Under the pieces are notes generated by a model. It worked only from the letters and a program-made list of their open reading frames with translations, was not told the origin of the DNA and ran no database searches. This document shows positions 61,247 to 64,000 of a stretch of DNA of 64,000 nt, piece after piece. How positions within the stretch are numbered: position 1 is the stretch's first letter; each line of letters begins with the position of its first letter. The DNA is taken from the NCBI GenBank assembly GCA_050246315.1, contig JBFWWG010000002.1, positions 300,811 through 364,810 on the forward strand. The letters run 5' to 3'. The translations under genes and the position numbers were made by a program. The stretch comes from Nitrospiraceae bacterium. GTDB lineage: Bacteria; Nitrospirota; Nitrospiria; Nitrospirales; Nitrospiraceae.

Positions 61247-61813
61247 TTAGGCGATCCCCTGCGGCGATGGATTGCGTGCAACCCAGGCCAGCGCGCAAAC
61301 GAGATTCTCCATTACGGACAGAGCATCGGTGAAAGACATCCCAGGGTCCTCTAGAATTTCCAAGCTGCGGTGTTTGAGCATGTTATCGGCTTTCCTACCT
61401 CGTTCGGACCAAATCGCAAGCAACTCAGAAGGAAAACTCTTCCTGGTGGCTACTTCCCTGGTTTCTCCGATGGCAGCAGTTGGCCCAAGATCGCCGACAT
61501 ACCGAAGGATATGTTCAAAAGCTAGATCCAGGCGGAGTATCGCATCATTAAAATAGAACCCCGCTAGCCACTCACCTTGCTGCGGCGGTCTGTCTTCCAC
61601 CAACATCCCGAGAACCATCTCCTTGGCTTCTTCCATGCGTCGCCACACCCTGCCCGGCTCCTGCGATTGCCGTGGATATCCTAATTGCTCCGCGCGCGCG
61701 AGCGAATAGATCGCCCCGAGGGCGAAGTTGTAGAGGCTCGAATGTCGTGGATCAGAGCGCGACACCTCCAGATCTTTCATCTGACTCAGGGCTCTTTTAA
61801 TTCTTTCATTCAT
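61247..61813 (-). CDS. Hypothetical protein, possible HEPN-like
   Basis: RBS AGGAGG; helical; FYFNDAILRL...RKADNMLKH. Confidence 0.6.
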   Translation of the reverse strand: MNERIKRALSQMKDLEVSRSDPRHSSLYNFALGAIYSLARAEQLGYPRQSQEPGRVWRRMEEAKEMVLGMLVEDRPPQQGEWLAGFYFNDAILRLDLAFEHILRYVGDLGPTAAIGETREVATRKSFPSELLAIWSERGRKADNMLKHRSLEILEDPGMSFTDALSVMENLVCALAWVARNPSPQGIA

Positions 61814-61945
61814 GCGATTTGGTCCTCCTGAGGGAGTCTACTGCTCGCTGCCGCACATCATTGGTGGCGGTACAGCAAGACGACCCGTTGGCGACAGGAT
61901 CGTCCAGAAGATACACGACCCCGAGAGGACCGAATGGGTCGCTCG

Positions 61946-62182
61946 TTACGTGAGCAAATCCCGTTTCCGCTCCTCAAACTCCTGTTTGTTGATCTCCCCG
62001 CGGGCATATCGTTTCTTGAGAATTTCCAACGCGGAGTCTTCACGATGGCCGAACCCTTGCCCCATCAGCCATCGGGCGACCAAGAGGCCGCCGAAAATCA
62101 AGACGGCCCAGAAGAGCACCATGCTCAGCAGGCCGAAGCCCATCATCGGCATCCAGCCGCAATCTGTGAATCGGTCCATCAT
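61946..62182 (-). CDS. SHOCT-domain small membrane protein
   Basis: Met-rich N-terminus, TM, ALEILKKRYARGEINKQEFEE. Confidence 0.9.
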   Translation of the reverse strand: MMDRFTDCGWMPMMGFGLLSMVLFWAVLIFGGLLVARWLMGQGFGHREDSALEILKKRYARGEINKQEFEERKRDLLT

Positions 62183-62333
62183 GTTGGAACCTACCCGCGA
62201 TAGATGAACGCTCGCGTTTCGAGCTGGTCGAGTGGTTTATCCAATTCACCCACCGGGGATTGCATCCAGGTTCGCCACCTGGCTTGGCCGAGGAGGGTCA
62301 GTGGACCCTCAGGCTCTGTGTGTCCCGGCATGA

Positions 62334-62500
62334 TTACCACGAGCAGCTTTCGCTGTGCTTCAGAAGCCAGACGGTGCTGGAATCAAGTCCCCGTCGGCGA
62401 CTCTCAGCTTCCAGGCGCTGCAAGGGCTCTTGAACCGGCTCTTCCGTCAGATCAAAGGTACCCCAGTGAATGCCGAGGAAGTAAGAGCCCCGAACGGCTT
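62334..62500 (-). pseudogene. C-terminal fragment of an MBL-fold hydrolase (NAPE-PLD/RomA-like)
   Basis: FLGIHWGTFDLTEEPVQEP; N-terminal HxHxDH region absent. Confidence 0.65.
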
Positions 62501-62664
62501 CAGGGAGCGAGCGGCGCCACACCGGAATAGTTTCAGAAGAGTGTACCCTGAATCTCAGGCAATGTCTGCTGGTGAGCCGCCTTGGATCCCTCGCATCATC
62601 CTGGCTTCGTCTTTTGGACCACACAAGCCAAATTTAGAGCGTCAGACCCCTTTACCTCCGGACT

Positions 62665-62869
62665 TATGACAACACGCCGGTCGAAAGCTTTTTTTGTTCA
62701 TTGAAGATCGAGTTGGTTCGGCATCAGCGCGCTATGCCATCACGGAGTACATTGAGGTGTTTACAACCGCCAGCGCTTGCATCAGGCGCTGGGTTATCGC
62801 AGTCTAGAGCAGTTCGAGCAGCAGGCCGGTGATTCTTAAACCACGTGTCTGTTTTTACGGGTCGCCTCA
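62665..62869 (+). mobile_element. IS3-family transposase 3' remnant with right end
   Basis: YDNTPVESFFCSLKIE, AITEYIEV, YNRQRLHQALGYRS in broken frames; ends ...gggtcgcctCA. Confidence 0.8.
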
Positions 62870-62894
62870 ATATGACGCCCTTTGTCAGAGTGAA

Positions 62895-64000
62895 TTATGT
62901 GGGCGGCGGAGATGTGTGCGGTTCTGAGGATGGATGATGCGGGGGCACTACGGAAGATTCACGGCTCTGCGCCAGTCGCTCAAACCTTTCTATTTGCTGA
63001 TCTAGATTTTGAACGGAGGTTGAGGGGTCAATATTGACAGGGATGCAGGCGTCCGTGCGTCCCAACAAGCAATTTGTTTCTGCGTTCCAGATCTCAAGCT
63101 GCCCATTTTGGATCAGCGCCTTAAGTAACCGCATATGATCTGCCACGTTCCGGAAAGCTCTTGCCGTACCATCATCAGCAATAAGGATGCCGCGCTCAGG
63201 ATCAAACTGCAGTCGTTCCTCTGCAAAATTCAGCCCGACCCTGAAGCAAACCTGTCGATTCCCTGATAGGCAATCCACTATCAGACATCCATTCTCTACA
63301 ACAATAAGCTGCGGTGTCATTATCTCGAATGCGTGGAGAGGGGCGACGTCTCTCATGCGTATCGATACCTTTGGAAGATCCGCTATGGTCTCTACGGGGA
63401 CACTTTCGCCTGCCTTCAACTTAGCAACCATTTCGGAGCCAAGCAGCACGCGGAACCCTTCCAACTCGTAAAGATGTTCTCGATAAATCGTATGAGAAGA
63501 CTTCACACCCAACTCATATTCGATAAGGTGCTCTCCAAGTGCCTTTATAAGGGGAAGATCTTTCTGAAGACGGTCAAGGTCGTCCGGGTCCTCAGGATCT
63601 ACCAAAGGCTCTGAATAGGCATGGGCAACTGCGCAGCGACCCGACCTCCAAAGATAGTCTCCGATATCCGATACGGTTCGCCGTAACTCTTCAACTCGAC
63701 TTTTCGCACGATGATCGGTCAATAGATCAACGGCTTTGTTGATCCACCTTCCATGATCAGTCCCTTTATCATGGAGGATGTTAAGGATCTTGAAAAATCC
63801 CAGGAATTGATACGCATCACTATTCAGACCGAGCGCCTCCCGGTACAGAGCCAGTGCGAGTCGAGCCCGGGGATCCACAGGGTCTGGCAAATAGTCTAGC
63901 CGGAAGTGGGGGTTCAATAGCCTCACATGAGCTAATCCTGAAGAGCGGCCAAGTCCTATGTGGATAGGATGAGAGCCTCCGGTAATGCCGATCTCACGCA
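62895..64000 (-). CDS. MauJ-like / HEPN-superfamily protein (5' partial)
   Basis: Frame open to the window end; LALALYREAL, FLGFFKIL, GRCAVAH (RxxxxH). Confidence 0.7.
   Translation of the reverse strand, partial: REIGITGGSHPIHIGLGRSSGLAHVRLLNPHFRLDYLPDPVDPRARLALALYREALGLNSDAYQFLGFFKILNILHDKGTDHGRWINKAVDLLTDHRAKSRVEELRRTVSDIGDYLWRSGRCAVAHAYSEPLVDPEDPDDLDRLQKDLPLIKALGEHLIEYELGVKSSHTIYREHLYELEGFRVLLGSEMVAKLKAGESVPVETIADLPKVSIRMRDVAPLHAFEIMTPQLIVVENGCLIVDCLSGNRQVCFRVGLNFAEERLQFDPERGILIADDGTARAFRNVADHMRLLKALIQNGQLEIWNAETNCLLGRTDACIPVNIDPSTSVQNLDQQIERFERLAQSRESSVVPPHHPSSEPHTSPPPT

Overview
GC-rich bacterial window, probably Nitrospira-like (inferred from gene content, not confirmed). Bases 1-7300 look like core chromosome: the 3' end of glgC, a Ski2/HelY-like helicase split into two genes in reversed order, an omptin-like beta-barrel, a BACON/FnIII surface protein and tRNA-Arg(ACG). 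The rest looks like stacked genomic-island cargo, bounded by orphan tRNA fragments (3' part of tRNA-Arg(CCT) at about 7603; 5' half of tRNA-Phe at 26917) and a duplicated att-like arm of about 230 bp. I recognised no integrase. Block A (about 7.9-26.9 kb) carries a sigma54-driven AhpD/YHS/cytochrome P460/DUF4142/cupredoxin redox cluster. It also carries a PAP2 phosphatase, an Omp85, a lipoprotein atypical kinase and a second lipoprotein in one run, plus an MlaA and an NTT-family nucleotide transporter; this is my best candidate for an undescribed system. Block B (about 27-64 kb) is a metal/redox island: arsM-arsR-arsS-PiT, merR-merF without a true merA, a bufferin-type MNIO RiPP cluster, a RAPP-motif uORF, a second sigma54/AhpD cassette, HEPN-like genes and an IS3 remnant. 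Two regulatory patterns are readable directly: ten TGTRA-N6-TYACA Crp-type boxes, six with a -10 hexamer at exact class II spacing, and a triple ACGA-N4-TCGT enhancer about 70 bp upstream of both sigma54 promoters. All family calls come from motif recognition by eye, not from database searches.
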